Shown here: piece by piece, positions 18,645 through 27,101 of the stretch
Layout: every line of letters begins with the position of its first letter
Numbering within the stretch: the stretch's first letter is position 1
Source of the DNA: Lentisphaeria bacterium UBA4640
GTDB lineage: Bacteria; Verrucomicrobiota; Lentisphaeria; Victivallales; UBA1829
Assembly: GCA_002405835.1 (NCBI GenBank)
Contig: DHMO01000053.1
Span: 50,273-114,272 of the forward strand
Length of the DNA: 64,000 nucleotides
Reading direction: 5' to 3'
The notes under the pieces: model-generated
What the model saw: only the letters and a program-made list of their open reading frames with translations
What the model was told of the DNA's origin: nothing
Databases searched by the model: none
Position numbers and translations under genes: made by a program

Positions 18645-19711
18645 AAGTCAAGCCCGAAGAACTGCTCCGCAATCCGCTCAGCTGGCTCGTCGACAGCGGA
18701 CCGGATGACGATATCGCAATCAGCACGCGGATCCGTCTGGCGCGCAATTTCAGTTCCACGCCCTTCCCGATTGCGGGCAATCAGGATGCGCTCAATCAGG
18801 TGAAAGAGCTTGCGGAAAAAGCAATCCTCGATTCCGAAGCGATCGCCGAGCCGATGGAGTTTGACCTGCCCGCACTCTCCGATGTGGAGAAGAACCTGCT
18901 GCTGGAACGCCGTCTCATCAGCCGCGACATGCTCACGCCGAATCCTGCGTCGGCACTGATTGCGGACCGCAATGAATCGCTGGCCGTCATGATCAATGAA
19001 GAAGATCATCTCCGGATGCAGGCGCTCAGCCCCGGATTCCAGCTTGAATCGGTCTGGAAAAGACTGAATCATTTTGATGATGTCCTTTCCAACCGCATTC
19101 CATATGCGTTTGACGCACGCCTCGGCTTTCTCACATCCTGCCCTTCCAATCTCGGAACGGGAATGCGGGCGTCGGTTATGCTGCATCTGCCGGGATTGGT
19201 CATGATGGAGCAGATGAACGCCGTGAAACAGGCGCTCGGCAAACTCGGACTTGCCGTCCGCGGATTCTACGGGGAAGGCTCCAACAACCGCGGAAATCTC
19301 TTCCAGATTTCCAACCAGAGCACGCTTGGGGAAAGTGAAGAACAGATTCTCGACCGTCTCTCTTCGATCGTCAAGCAGATCATCATTCATGAAAAGCAGG
19401 CGCGGCAGACTCTGCTGGACAAACGCCAGAGTTTTCTGCTGAATCAAGTCGGGCGTGCCTACGGAATTCTGCGGCACGGCTATATGATTTCCAGTGAAGA
19501 GGCTCTCAATTCGCTCTCCGAACTGCGGCTCGGCGTGGACATGAAGATGTTCTCATCCGTCGACATCCACACGGTCAATGAACTCTTCCTCAACGTCCAG
19601 CCCTCGCATCTTCAGATTGCGGAACACAAGGAACTTTCGCAGGAGGAGCGCGACACCGCGCGCGCAACCCTTATCCGCGAAACACTCAAAGCCAAGCGCG
19701 GACAGGTCTGA
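18641..19711 (+). CDS. mcsB: Protein arginine kinase (ATP:guanido phosphotransferase family)
   Basis: ISTRIRLARN, NEEDHLRMQ and SCPSNLGTGMRASVMLHLPGL are phosphagen-kinase catalytic-domain signatures. The size (356 aa) fits McsB. Confidence 0.9.
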   Translation: MKVKPEELLRNPLSWLVDSGPDDDIAISTRIRLARNFSSTPFPIAGNQDALNQVKELAEKAILDSEAIAEPMEFDLPALSDVEKNLLLERRLISRDMLTPNPASALIADRNESLAVMINEEDHLRMQALSPGFQLESVWKRLNHFDDVLSNRIPYAFDARLGFLTSCPSNLGTGMRASVMLHLPGLVMMEQMNAVKQALGKLGLAVRGFYGEGSNNRGNLFQISNQSTLGESEEQILDRLSSIVKQIIIHEKQARQTLLDKRQSFLLNQVGRAYGILRHGYMISSEEALNSLSELRLGVDMKMFSSVDIHTVNELFLNVQPSHLQIAEHKELSQEERDTARATLIRETLKAKRGQV

Positions 19712-19723
19712 GGCTGACCGCAG

Positions 19724-21631
19724 ATGATTGAAGCCTTCTACACCGCCGGACTTGCCCTGCTGGAATCCACATTCGTTTTTGTGGGACTCCTGATTCTGCA
19801 CGGACTGCGCCGGATCATCGGTTCCGCTCCGCTCTACATGTTCCTGGGCGTGCTCGTGGTGATGATGAACGTCGCCGGAGCGGCAGGACTCCGCATGATC
19901 ATCAGCGACGGCGGATTTGAACTCAGTGTTTCGACCTCGATTCTGCTGCTGCCGGTCATCGCCATTCTGCTGGTGATCTATATCGCGGACGGCACGCTCG
20001 CAGCACAGCGGCTTATCATCGCGGCGATGGCGACTTTCGGGATTTTCGCATATCTCAGCTGGATTACGCGGATGCAGACCGAATGGGGCGGCTTCACCAT
20101 GTCGCAGGGGCATCTGGCGGATTACCTTTCACGGCTGCTTGGAAACACAACCCGCAACATGGGCGCTTCGCTGGTGTCGCTGACTCTCGACCTGTTCCTC
20201 ATTCCGGTGATTTTCCAGAAGATGAAGAACTACGGCTGCCGGTTGACCGTCTGTGCAATCGGCGCGGTGCTGCTCGGACAGTTTGTTGACAGCGTCATCT
20301 TCGTCGGCGTGCTCTACTGGGGCGATCCGCAGAAGATGGCCATTCTGAATGCGGAATACATTCCGCGCGTTCTTCTGGCGCTTTGGATTTCCTTTCTTGC
20401 GGCAATCTATCTTTCCCGTTTCGACAAGGAGATTCCCGGAGATTCACGCAGAACTCTTGACATCGTTCTTGCATTTTTCGGAAGCTACGGCAAGGCGAAA
20501 CGCCTGGAACAGAATCTGCGGGAATCGGAACAGCGCTGCCGCACCATCATCCAGAACGCCTCCGACATGATCCTCGTCACCGATGCGGACGGCATCATCG
20601 TCGATGCCAACAAAGCCGCTCAGGAAATGCTTTCGGCAAAAACAATGTTCGATCTCATCGGCTGCAGTCTCGACAAATTTCTGCTGCGCGGCGATACGCT
20701 CTCGCATCTGATGAAGGGGGCGGAAAACGTCATGCGTCTCTCCCTCCCCGGCTCCGGACGCGAAGTGGAGCTTTCCATGAGCAGTATTGCCGTTGACGGC
20801 AACTCCGCCCTGGTGTTCATCGGACGCGACATCACCGAACGGGAGCGTCTGGAGAAGGAACGTGAACTTCTGCGCAGTGAAAATGAACACCGCCAGCGTC
20901 TCGAAGCGATCGGACGGCTTGCGGGGGGAATCGCACACGACTTCAACAATCTCATTCATGCGATTCACGGTCATCTCGACCTCATTTACATGGGCGAAGT
21001 GACCGAGGAGAGCGAACCGCATCTCAAAAAGATCGACGCCATTGCGGAACAGGCGGGCAAGCTCACAAGCCAGCTCCTCGGGTACGCGCGCAAAGGCAAA
21101 CGGCAGGTTCAGGCTCTGCCGCTGAAAAGCATCGTGGACGGAGCGTTCAACCTCTTCCAGCCCACCACTCAGACGGGAATCCGCAACGAACTGAATATCG
21201 ACTGCGGCGGAATCTCGGTTGAAGGCGACCGCACCCAGCTTCAGCAGGCAATCCTCAATCTGATGATCAATGCGCGCGACGCCATGGAAAATCTTCCGGA
21301 AAACAGCCGCATTCTCCGCATTCGCGCGGGGCTTTGCGATGCAATGGGCGTTATGCCGAATCCTCCGGCGGAAGTCAAATTCAAAGGTCCCTTCTGCTGC
21401 ATCCGCGTCGAAGACAGCGGCCCGGGCGTGGATGAGGCGATTGTCGGGAAAATTTTCGAACCTTTCTTCACAACCAAGCCGACCGGGAAAGGCACCGGAA
21501 TGGGGCTCTCCATGGCATACGGAGTCTCCCGCGAACACGGCGGCTGGATTCAATATGAACGTCTGAACCCGGGCGCGGCATTCACCATCATTCTGCCCGT
21601 TCTGCAAAACGAAAAGGAACATATCCAATGA
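19724..21631 (+). CDS. Sensor histidine kinase: polytopic VUT/DUF165-like membrane domain + PAS + HisKA + HATPase
   Basis: The first ~245 aa are multi-TM, with SLTLDLFLIPVIFQKMK and LLGQFVDSVIFVGVLYWG (YhhQ-like signatures by eye). A PAS-like region follows (IIQNASDMILVTDADGIIVDANKAAQEML). H-box IAHDFNNL, N-box NLMINARDAM, G-boxes DSGPGV and GKGTGMGLS are present. Confidence 0.85.
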   Translation: MIEAFYTAGLALLESTFVFVGLLILHGLRRIIGSAPLYMFLGVLVVMMNVAGAAGLRMIISDGGFELSVSTSILLLPVIAILLVIYIADGTLAAQRLIIAAMATFGIFAYLSWITRMQTEWGGFTMSQGHLADYLSRLLGNTTRNMGASLVSLTLDLFLIPVIFQKMKNYGCRLTVCAIGAVLLGQFVDSVIFVGVLYWGDPQKMAILNAEYIPRVLLALWISFLAAIYLSRFDKEIPGDSRRTLDIVLAFFGSYGKAKRLEQNLRESEQRCRTIIQNASDMILVTDADGIIVDANKAAQEMLSAKTMFDLIGCSLDKFLLRGDTLSHLMKGAENVMRLSLPGSGREVELSMSSIAVDGNSALVFIGRDITERERLEKERELLRSENEHRQRLEAIGRLAGGIAHDFNNLIHAIHGHLDLIYMGEVTEESEPHLKKIDAIAEQAGKLTSQLLGYARKGKRQVQALPLKSIVDGAFNLFQPTTQTGIRNELNIDCGGISVEGDRTQLQQAILNLMINARDAMENLPENSRILRIRAGLCDAMGVMPNPPAEVKFKGPFCCIRVEDSGPGVDEAIVGKIFEPFFTTKPTGKGTGMGLSMAYGVSREHGGWIQYERLNPGAAFTIILPVLQNEKEHIQ

Positions 21632-23070
21632 AACATCTGCTGTCTGCACTGCTGCTTGCCGGCACACTTCTTCTCTCCGCGGCGGAGACTCTGACCATAA
21701 TCGGAACCACCGATATTCACGGTCATATATTCTCTGCGCCGGACAAACCGAATCTTCTTAAACTCGTCCGCGCCGTTTCGGAGGAAGCGGAAAAAGCCGG
21801 ACGCTCCAACACATTGCTCATCGACTGCGGCGATCTGATTCAGGGAACCGCCGAAACTCAGCTCGACAACGGGAAAGCCGTTCTTGCACTCATGAATCTT
21901 GCAAAATACGATGTCTGGGTTCCCGGAAACCATGATTTTGAGCTTGGAATGAACACTCTTCTTGCCCGCGTCCGCGGTTTTCAGGGGACTTTTCTCTGCG
22001 GGAATCTTATCTACAGGAACGACCGACCCGCCGCGGCATGGAAGCTGTTCGAACGGGCCGGACTCAAAGTTGCCGTTATCGGCATCACCTCCGAACACAT
22101 CGCAAACTGGAACTGGCGGCCGGAGGAAACAGGAATCAAAATCGAAGAAACTTTTGACGCCCTTGACCGCGTCATGCCGGAAGTCATGCGCGCGAATCCG
22201 GAACTGATTCTGCTGGCAATTCATGCCGGACGCTTCCAGTCCAAACGCTTCTCCCCGAAGTGGTATCAGATGCTTGACCTGGCCAAGCGCTATCCGCAAA
22301 TCGACCTCATTCTCGGTGGGCATACCCATGAACCTGTCGCCGGTCTCCCGATGGCGAAAAGCTGGTTCATGCAGGGCGGCAAACACACGCAGGGCTACGC
22401 GAAAGCGGAGATCGGTTACGACAAGACAAAGAAAAAATGCCTTTCTCTGAAAACCAATTACATTGCGCTCAAACCGGATGCGCAGGAAGTCGAAACGCCG
22501 AAAGCTCTCCGCCGCGAACTTGCCGAATTGCGGGATAATCTCAATTCCACCGTCTGCCGAAAGGCTCCCGCACTGACCTGGAAACAGCCCTGGAGCCTCG
22601 CGCAGATGTTCAGCAAGGCTATTGCGGAGGAGACAAAAGCAAAAATCGTCTTTCACGGAGTTCTTTCGTGGGGCGACAAACACGCAGGACGCTATTCTCG
22701 CAAGGATGTTTTCGACCTCTGTCCGTTTGAGAACACCGTGGTTCTGATGGACCTCTCGCCTTCGGAATGCAAAGCCGTGCTGGAGGAACAGCTGATTGCG
22801 CGGAAATCAAAGAAAAAGAACGCCATGCCGCAATATTCTTTCGGTGTTTCTCTGAACGAAAAGGGCGAACTGGTCCTTGCGGACGGGCGGATCTGGAACA
22901 ATGAGTCCGAGCGGCTTCCGGTCGCGTTCAATTCATTCATAGCCTCAAGCGGCGGGATGCGCTTCCCCGTTCTCAAAAAAATTTCATCCCGTCCAGAGGT
23001 GAACGGACGGGATACCGGACTCAAAGTCCGCATGCTTCTGGAAAATTATCTGAGGAGGAACTTTCAATGA
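21628..23070 (+). CDS. Secreted metallophosphoesterase / 5'-nucleotidase (UshA-like)
   Basis: Signal peptide MKHLLSALLLAGTLLLSAA. Calcineurin-like motifs TDIHGH, DCGDLIQG, GNHDFE and GGHTHE, plus a C-terminal 5'-nucleotidase-like domain. The ATGA start overlaps the kinase stop. Confidence 0.85.
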   Translation: MKHLLSALLLAGTLLLSAAETLTIIGTTDIHGHIFSAPDKPNLLKLVRAVSEEAEKAGRSNTLLIDCGDLIQGTAETQLDNGKAVLALMNLAKYDVWVPGNHDFELGMNTLLARVRGFQGTFLCGNLIYRNDRPAAAWKLFERAGLKVAVIGITSEHIANWNWRPEETGIKIEETFDALDRVMPEVMRANPELILLAIHAGRFQSKRFSPKWYQMLDLAKRYPQIDLILGGHTHEPVAGLPMAKSWFMQGGKHTQGYAKAEIGYDKTKKKCLSLKTNYIALKPDAQEVETPKALRRELAELRDNLNSTVCRKAPALTWKQPWSLAQMFSKAIAEETKAKIVFHGVLSWGDKHAGRYSRKDVFDLCPFENTVVLMDLSPSECKAVLEEQLIARKSKKKNAMPQYSFGVSLNEKGELVLADGRIWNNESERLPVAFNSFIASSGGMRFPVLKKISSRPEVNGRDTGLKVRMLLENYLRRNFQ

Positions 23071-23483
23071 AACGCTTTCTGATTCCGCTGGCCGCAGTGT
23101 TTGCACTCGCACTGTTTGACGGATGCTCGCACAACCGTCTCTCGTTCGATCCGAAGCCGGAAGACATGCTGGTCGACAAAGAGAAATTTGCGCTTTTCGA
23201 CTATGTCCGCGGATTTGTACTGAGTTCGAAACGCCTGAAACTTTCACAGGAGGAACGGAAGACGATCCAGTCGACCGATCCGGAAATCCGGATTTTCTAC
23301 ACAGCACCGAAAGAGGGACGGATGCATATGTACTGGGATCTGCCGCGTGAGCGCCGGCTGATCGCATTCACGGAAGGACCGCTTCTGACCACCCGCAATC
23401 CCTCGAACTGGCGCATTTCGATTGTCACCGGCAAGCGCAACGCAAACGCGGGAATGCCGAAAGATTACGGAATGGAAAAGTGA
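23067..23483 (+). CDS. Hypothetical small secreted protein / possible lipoprotein
   Basis: Signal sequence MKRFLIPLAAVFALALFDGC, with a Cys that could be a non-canonical lipobox. ATGA overlap with the upstream gene. No recognised family. Confidence 0.6.
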   Translation: MKRFLIPLAAVFALALFDGCSHNRLSFDPKPEDMLVDKEKFALFDYVRGFVLSSKRLKLSQEERKTIQSTDPEIRIFYTAPKEGRMHMYWDLPRERRLIAFTEGPLLTTRNPSNWRISIVTGKRNANAGMPKDYGMEK

Positions 23484-24394
23484 TGCGGACACTTCTTCTG
23501 TTTCTGCTCTGTCTCTGCTGCACGGAACTTCCAGCCCGCGGATATGCCGCGTTCCGGATGGATCTGATGCAGGTTCCAGAGTCAACGGAGAAAAATCCGG
23601 AAACGGCAATCCGTCATTCAGAGACCCGTACAGCGCTGACAGTCTTTATGAACGTCCTTTCCGGAACGCGCGCGGAACTGAAACTCTATGACCGCGCTGG
23701 GGAAACACACTGCGGTTTTTCCATGAGCGCCACGCCGTCCGTGCTTGTTCCGCAGAAACGGGTCGGGATGGATTTTTCCGCCTTCTTCCGGATGCCGGGC
23801 AAAGATACGGACAGCGCGGTTGCAGTTTCCGCAAAACGCAATCTCCGGGTGCCGAAACCGGTTTCCTGCGGACTCTTCGCCATGCCCGGTGCGGGAGCGA
23901 TTGTGCCCCTGCTCCGGGCAGATACGCTGTTTCCGTTCTACGGGGCAACCGGAGATTTCAAAATTCTGGAATGCTGTCTGATCGAAGCGGAAACGGGAAA
24001 GCTGAGGACGTTTTTGGCGGAACGGAAGATTCCTTTGTCAGCACTCGAAGACCCGCTTCCTTCCGCCGCCGCGCTGGAAGCGCTTGCCGCATTTCCAGCC
24101 GCCCGAAATTATCAAGTTGAAGTGAACCGTCTGCGCGGGAAGCTGCAGAAAGACGCTCTCTCGATCACGGTCCGTCCGCTCACTGCGCCGGTGTTCCGTC
24201 TGACCGTTCAGGAAAACCGCGATGCAGGCGGAGTGACCGAAGAATTTTTCTATGAAGGCTATCTGCTTGTTTCCCGTGAATGGCTTATGGTTGCGCATCT
24301 GCGCTCGCCTCATGCCGGGAAAAAGCTGTTTTTTGAACAGAATGCCGCGGAATCGAAAGAAAAAATTCTGCTGATTCGCGCGAATTTACGATAA
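23483..24394 (+). CDS. Hypothetical secreted protein
   Basis: Hydrophobic N-terminus MRTLLLFLLCLCCTELPA. The ATG overlaps the upstream TGA (TGATG); an in-frame GTG lies at 23480. No recognised family. Confidence 0.55.
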   Translation: MRTLLLFLLCLCCTELPARGYAAFRMDLMQVPESTEKNPETAIRHSETRTALTVFMNVLSGTRAELKLYDRAGETHCGFSMSATPSVLVPQKRVGMDFSAFFRMPGKDTDSAVAVSAKRNLRVPKPVSCGLFAMPGAGAIVPLLRADTLFPFYGATGDFKILECCLIEAETGKLRTFLAERKIPLSALEDPLPSAAALEALAAFPAARNYQVEVNRLRGKLQKDALSITVRPLTAPVFRLTVQENRDAGGVTEEFFYEGYLLVSREWLMVAHLRSPHAGKKLFFEQNAAESKEKILLIRANLR

Positions 24395-24405
24395 GGAGAT
24401 TCTCT

Positions 24406-24891
24406 ATGAGACGCAAAGACAGAGAAATCAAAGATTTCAGCAAAATAGTCCAGATTATCCGTGAGCTTCCTATCGGACATCTTGCGATGATCGACGGAGA
24501 TCAGCCCTACGGAGTCACCATGAACTACGATGCGGAAGAGAAGGACGGAATCATCACACTTTACTTCCACGGGGCAAAAGAGGGTCGCCGCCCGGAAATC
24601 TGGAAACGGAATCCCTCGGTCTACTTTTTTGCCGAACGCGACAACGGCGAAAAAGATGTCGTCATGCCGGATGGACGCCGCAACCAGACGACTTACTACG
24701 TTTCCGTTGCCGGTTCGGGCATCATGGAGGAAATCACGGACCTTGCGGAAAAACGGAAACGGCTTGCCGCAATGGTTGCGAAATTCTTCCCGACTCCGAT
24801 GGACGCCCTTCCGGATGCGATGATTCAGGCTGTCGGCGTCTGGAAGCTCGTTTTGCGGAACCCGACGGGAAAGTCGAATCCGCCCTGTTGA
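24406..24891 (+). CDS. Pyridoxamine 5'-phosphate oxidase-family flavoprotein (NimA-like fold)
   Basis: Characteristic start MRRKDREI..., followed by GHLAMIDGDQPYGVTMNY...LYFHGAKEGRR. The size of about 160 aa fits. Confidence 0.78.
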   Translation: MRRKDREIKDFSKIVQIIRELPIGHLAMIDGDQPYGVTMNYDAEEKDGIITLYFHGAKEGRRPEIWKRNPSVYFFAERDNGEKDVVMPDGRRNQTTYYVSVAGSGIMEEITDLAEKRKRLAAMVAKFFPTPMDALPDAMIQAVGVWKLVLRNPTGKSNPPC

Positions 24892-24955
24892 TATTTTGCA
24901 AAACGCAAGTATATTAACGGAATGACAATATCATCAAACCAGAAGGAGTCTTGCC

Positions 24956-25264
24956 ATGATCTACGTACTCGCCACCTCGGAACTCAACGAAGGCTGCAAG
25001 GAAAAATTTCTTGAAATCGTAAAAGCGAATGTCCCGAAAGTGCTTGCCGAAGAGGGCTGCATCATGTATACACCGACCGTGGATTTCCCCTCCGGTCTCT
25101 CCGCTCAGAAAGAGGTCCGCGCCAATTCCGTAACCTTCATTGAAGGCTGGGAAAGCATGGATCACCTGATGAAACACCTCCAGTCCGCACACATGGCGGA
25201 ATTCCGCAAAAATGTGAACGGAATGCGCAAATCCTCCACGATGAATGTGGTAACACCCGCATAA
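24956..25264 (+). CDS. Antibiotic-biosynthesis-monooxygenase (ABM) domain protein / putative quinol monooxygenase
   Basis: About 100 aa. MIYVLATSELNEG...CIMY...FIEGWESMDHLMKHLQSAHMAEF fits the ABM ferredoxin-like fold pattern. Confidence 0.72.
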   Translation: MIYVLATSELNEGCKEKFLEIVKANVPKVLAEEGCIMYTPTVDFPSGLSAQKEVRANSVTFIEGWESMDHLMKHLQSAHMAEFRKNVNGMRKSSTMNVVTPA

Positions 25265-25274
25265 GGATTTTCCC

Positions 25275-25760
25275 GTGAGAACCGTTTTATATCCCGGAAG
25301 TTTCGATCCTGTCACGAACGGACACATCGACGTGACGCGCCGCGCCGCACGGATTTTCGACCGTGTGGTGATCGCTGTTGCCGTCAATGCGGAAAAAAGT
25401 CCGCTCTTCACAACGGAAGAGCGGATGGAGCTGATCCGCGCCGCGTGCAGCGATATTCCCAACATTGAAGTCGTTCATTTCGGCGGACTGCTTGCACATT
25501 CGCTGGAGCGCTTCAACGCAAGCGCCGTCATCCGCGGTCTCCGCGCCGTTTCCGACTTTGAATATGAATTCCAGATGGCTCTGATGAACCGCGGACTCAA
25601 TGAAAAATGCGAGACCCTGTTCATGATGCCGAGTCCGGAATACTCCTTCGTCAGCTCGCGGCTGATCAAGGAGATTACAAAATGCGGAGGCGACGTTTCC
25701 TCATTCGTCCCCCCCGTTGTTGCCGAAGCAATGAGAAAGAAATTCGGACAGAACAAATGA
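25275..25760 (+). CDS. coaD: Phosphopantetheine adenylyltransferase
   Basis: YPGSFDPVTNGHIDV, IRGLRAVSDFEYE and SSRLIKEI. GTG start. Confidence 0.93.
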   Translation: MRTVLYPGSFDPVTNGHIDVTRRAARIFDRVVIAVAVNAEKSPLFTTEERMELIRAACSDIPNIEVVHFGGLLAHSLERFNASAVIRGLRAVSDFEYEFQMALMNRGLNEKCETLFMMPSPEYSFVSSRLIKEITKCGGDVSSFVPPVVAEAMRKKFGQNK

Positions 25761-26230
25761 TCCGCATCAATACAACCCATATCGGCGATCTTCCGCTGAT
25801 CGTCCGGGGCGAAGAAAAAGAGGAATTCCTCGGTCTCGACCCGAAACAGCTGCCGCGGCAGAACGGTCCGGTTGCGTATGAACTCTCCGCAACCATGGCC
25901 GGAACCGACCTGCTGGTTACGGGCAAAGTCCGCGCCAAACTCGACGCCGAGTGTGCCCGCTGCCTCAAACCGCTTAAAGTCAACCTTGAAGTCCCCGATG
26001 TCTGCCACCTTTATGAAGGCGTGGAAGGGCAGATCGTGGATATTTCCGATGAAATCCGCGAAGATCTCCTGCTCATGCTCCCGGTCGCTTTTCATTGCAA
26101 AGAAGACTGCAAAGGACTCTGTCCGCACTGCGGCGCCGACCTCAACACCAATCCGTGCAATTGTGCGGAAAAAGAGGAGCTTCCGCCGGAGGACTCCCCC
26201 TGGGGAGCGCTCGACAATCTCAAATTCTGA
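25757..26230 (+). CDS. YceD/DUF177-family protein (ribosome large-subunit accumulation protein)
   Basis: C-terminal CKEDCKGLCPHCGADLNTNPCNC is the DUF177 Cys motif. The ATG at 25757 overlaps the coaD stop (ATGA). The track ORF starts earlier, at 25607, inside coaD. Confidence 0.8.
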   Translation: MIRINTTHIGDLPLIVRGEEKEEFLGLDPKQLPRQNGPVAYELSATMAGTDLLVTGKVRAKLDAECARCLKPLKVNLEVPDVCHLYEGVEGQIVDISDEIREDLLLMLPVAFHCKEDCKGLCPHCGADLNTNPCNCAEKEELPPEDSPWGALDNLKF

Positions 26231-26242
26231 AAGGAACTTGTC

Positions 26243-26827
26243 ATGGAATTTACCGAACTTCTCGCCAGACGCCGGAGCATCCGCCGGTTCAGGCAGGATG
26301 AGATTCCGCTGGAATCACTCAAACAGCTTGTTGAAGCCGCGGCGCTCGCGCCCTCCGCACGAAATGATCTGCCGCTCCGCTATGTTCTTGTCTGTGAGAA
26401 AAATCGGCTGAAAGCCGTGTTTGAAGAAACGGCATGGGGCGGGAACGTGCGCCCGCACCGCAACCCGGTGTTCGGGGAGACCGCGCCAACCGCGTTTCTT
26501 GCGGTCTGCGCACCGGGAGAACCGGAAACTCCGCCGGCGCAGAACATCGTGGCGGATGCCGGAGCGGCGATTCAGACGATTCTGCTGCGGGCGGTTGAAC
26601 TCGGGCTCGGCGCATGCTGGCTCGGCGCATTCAGCCGCAAAAATGTCAGTGCAATTCTCGAACTTAATCATCAAACCGTTGTCTATCTTATAGGTCTCGG
26701 CTATCCTGCGGAAACTCCTGAGCTTCAGCGGATTCATGCCGGAGACTCCACCAAATATTATTTGGATGGCAACGATGTTATCCACGTTCCGAAATACTGT
26801 GCGGAGGATATTCTGACCATCCGGTAA
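26243..26827 (+). CDS. Nitroreductase-family protein
   Basis: LLARRRSIRRF near the N-terminus, LAPSARN, and ...ACWLGAF. Confidence 0.85.
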   Translation: MEFTELLARRRSIRRFRQDEIPLESLKQLVEAAALAPSARNDLPLRYVLVCEKNRLKAVFEETAWGGNVRPHRNPVFGETAPTAFLAVCAPGEPETPPAQNIVADAGAAIQTILLRAVELGLGACWLGAFSRKNVSAILELNHQTVVYLIGLGYPAETPELQRIHAGDSTKYYLDGNDVIHVPKYCAEDILTIR

Positions 26828-26864
26828 CCGCAACAGAGCGGAAACGCATTCAGGGAGGTTTTGA

Positions 26865-27092
26865 ATGAAGCGTTATAAAGTCAAAGTGGAACCCGAGGAG
26901 TGCAAGGGATGCGGACGCTGTATTCTGGCGTGTCCGCGTTCCGTTCTTGCCATGGGGAAACATCTGAACGAAATGGGCTACACATTCGTTCAGCCGGTCA
27001 AAGATGAGTGCATCGGCTGCGGAGCCTGCTTCTACCAGTGTCCCGAACCGGGCGCAATCACAGTCTTTGAAATTACAGAAAATGAGAATTGA
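26865..27092 (+). CDS. 2-oxoacid:ferredoxin oxidoreductase delta subunit (2x[4Fe-4S] ferredoxin)
   Basis: Two CxxCxxCxxxCP motifs, [12 protein letters not shown] and [12 protein letters not shown]. The gene leads the alpha and beta subunit genes. Confidence 0.82.
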   Translation: MKRYKVKVEPEECKGCGRCILACPRSVLAMGKHLNEMGYTFVQPVKDECIGCGACFYQCPEPGAITVFEITENEN

Positions 27093-27101
27093 GGTGACGA
27101 C

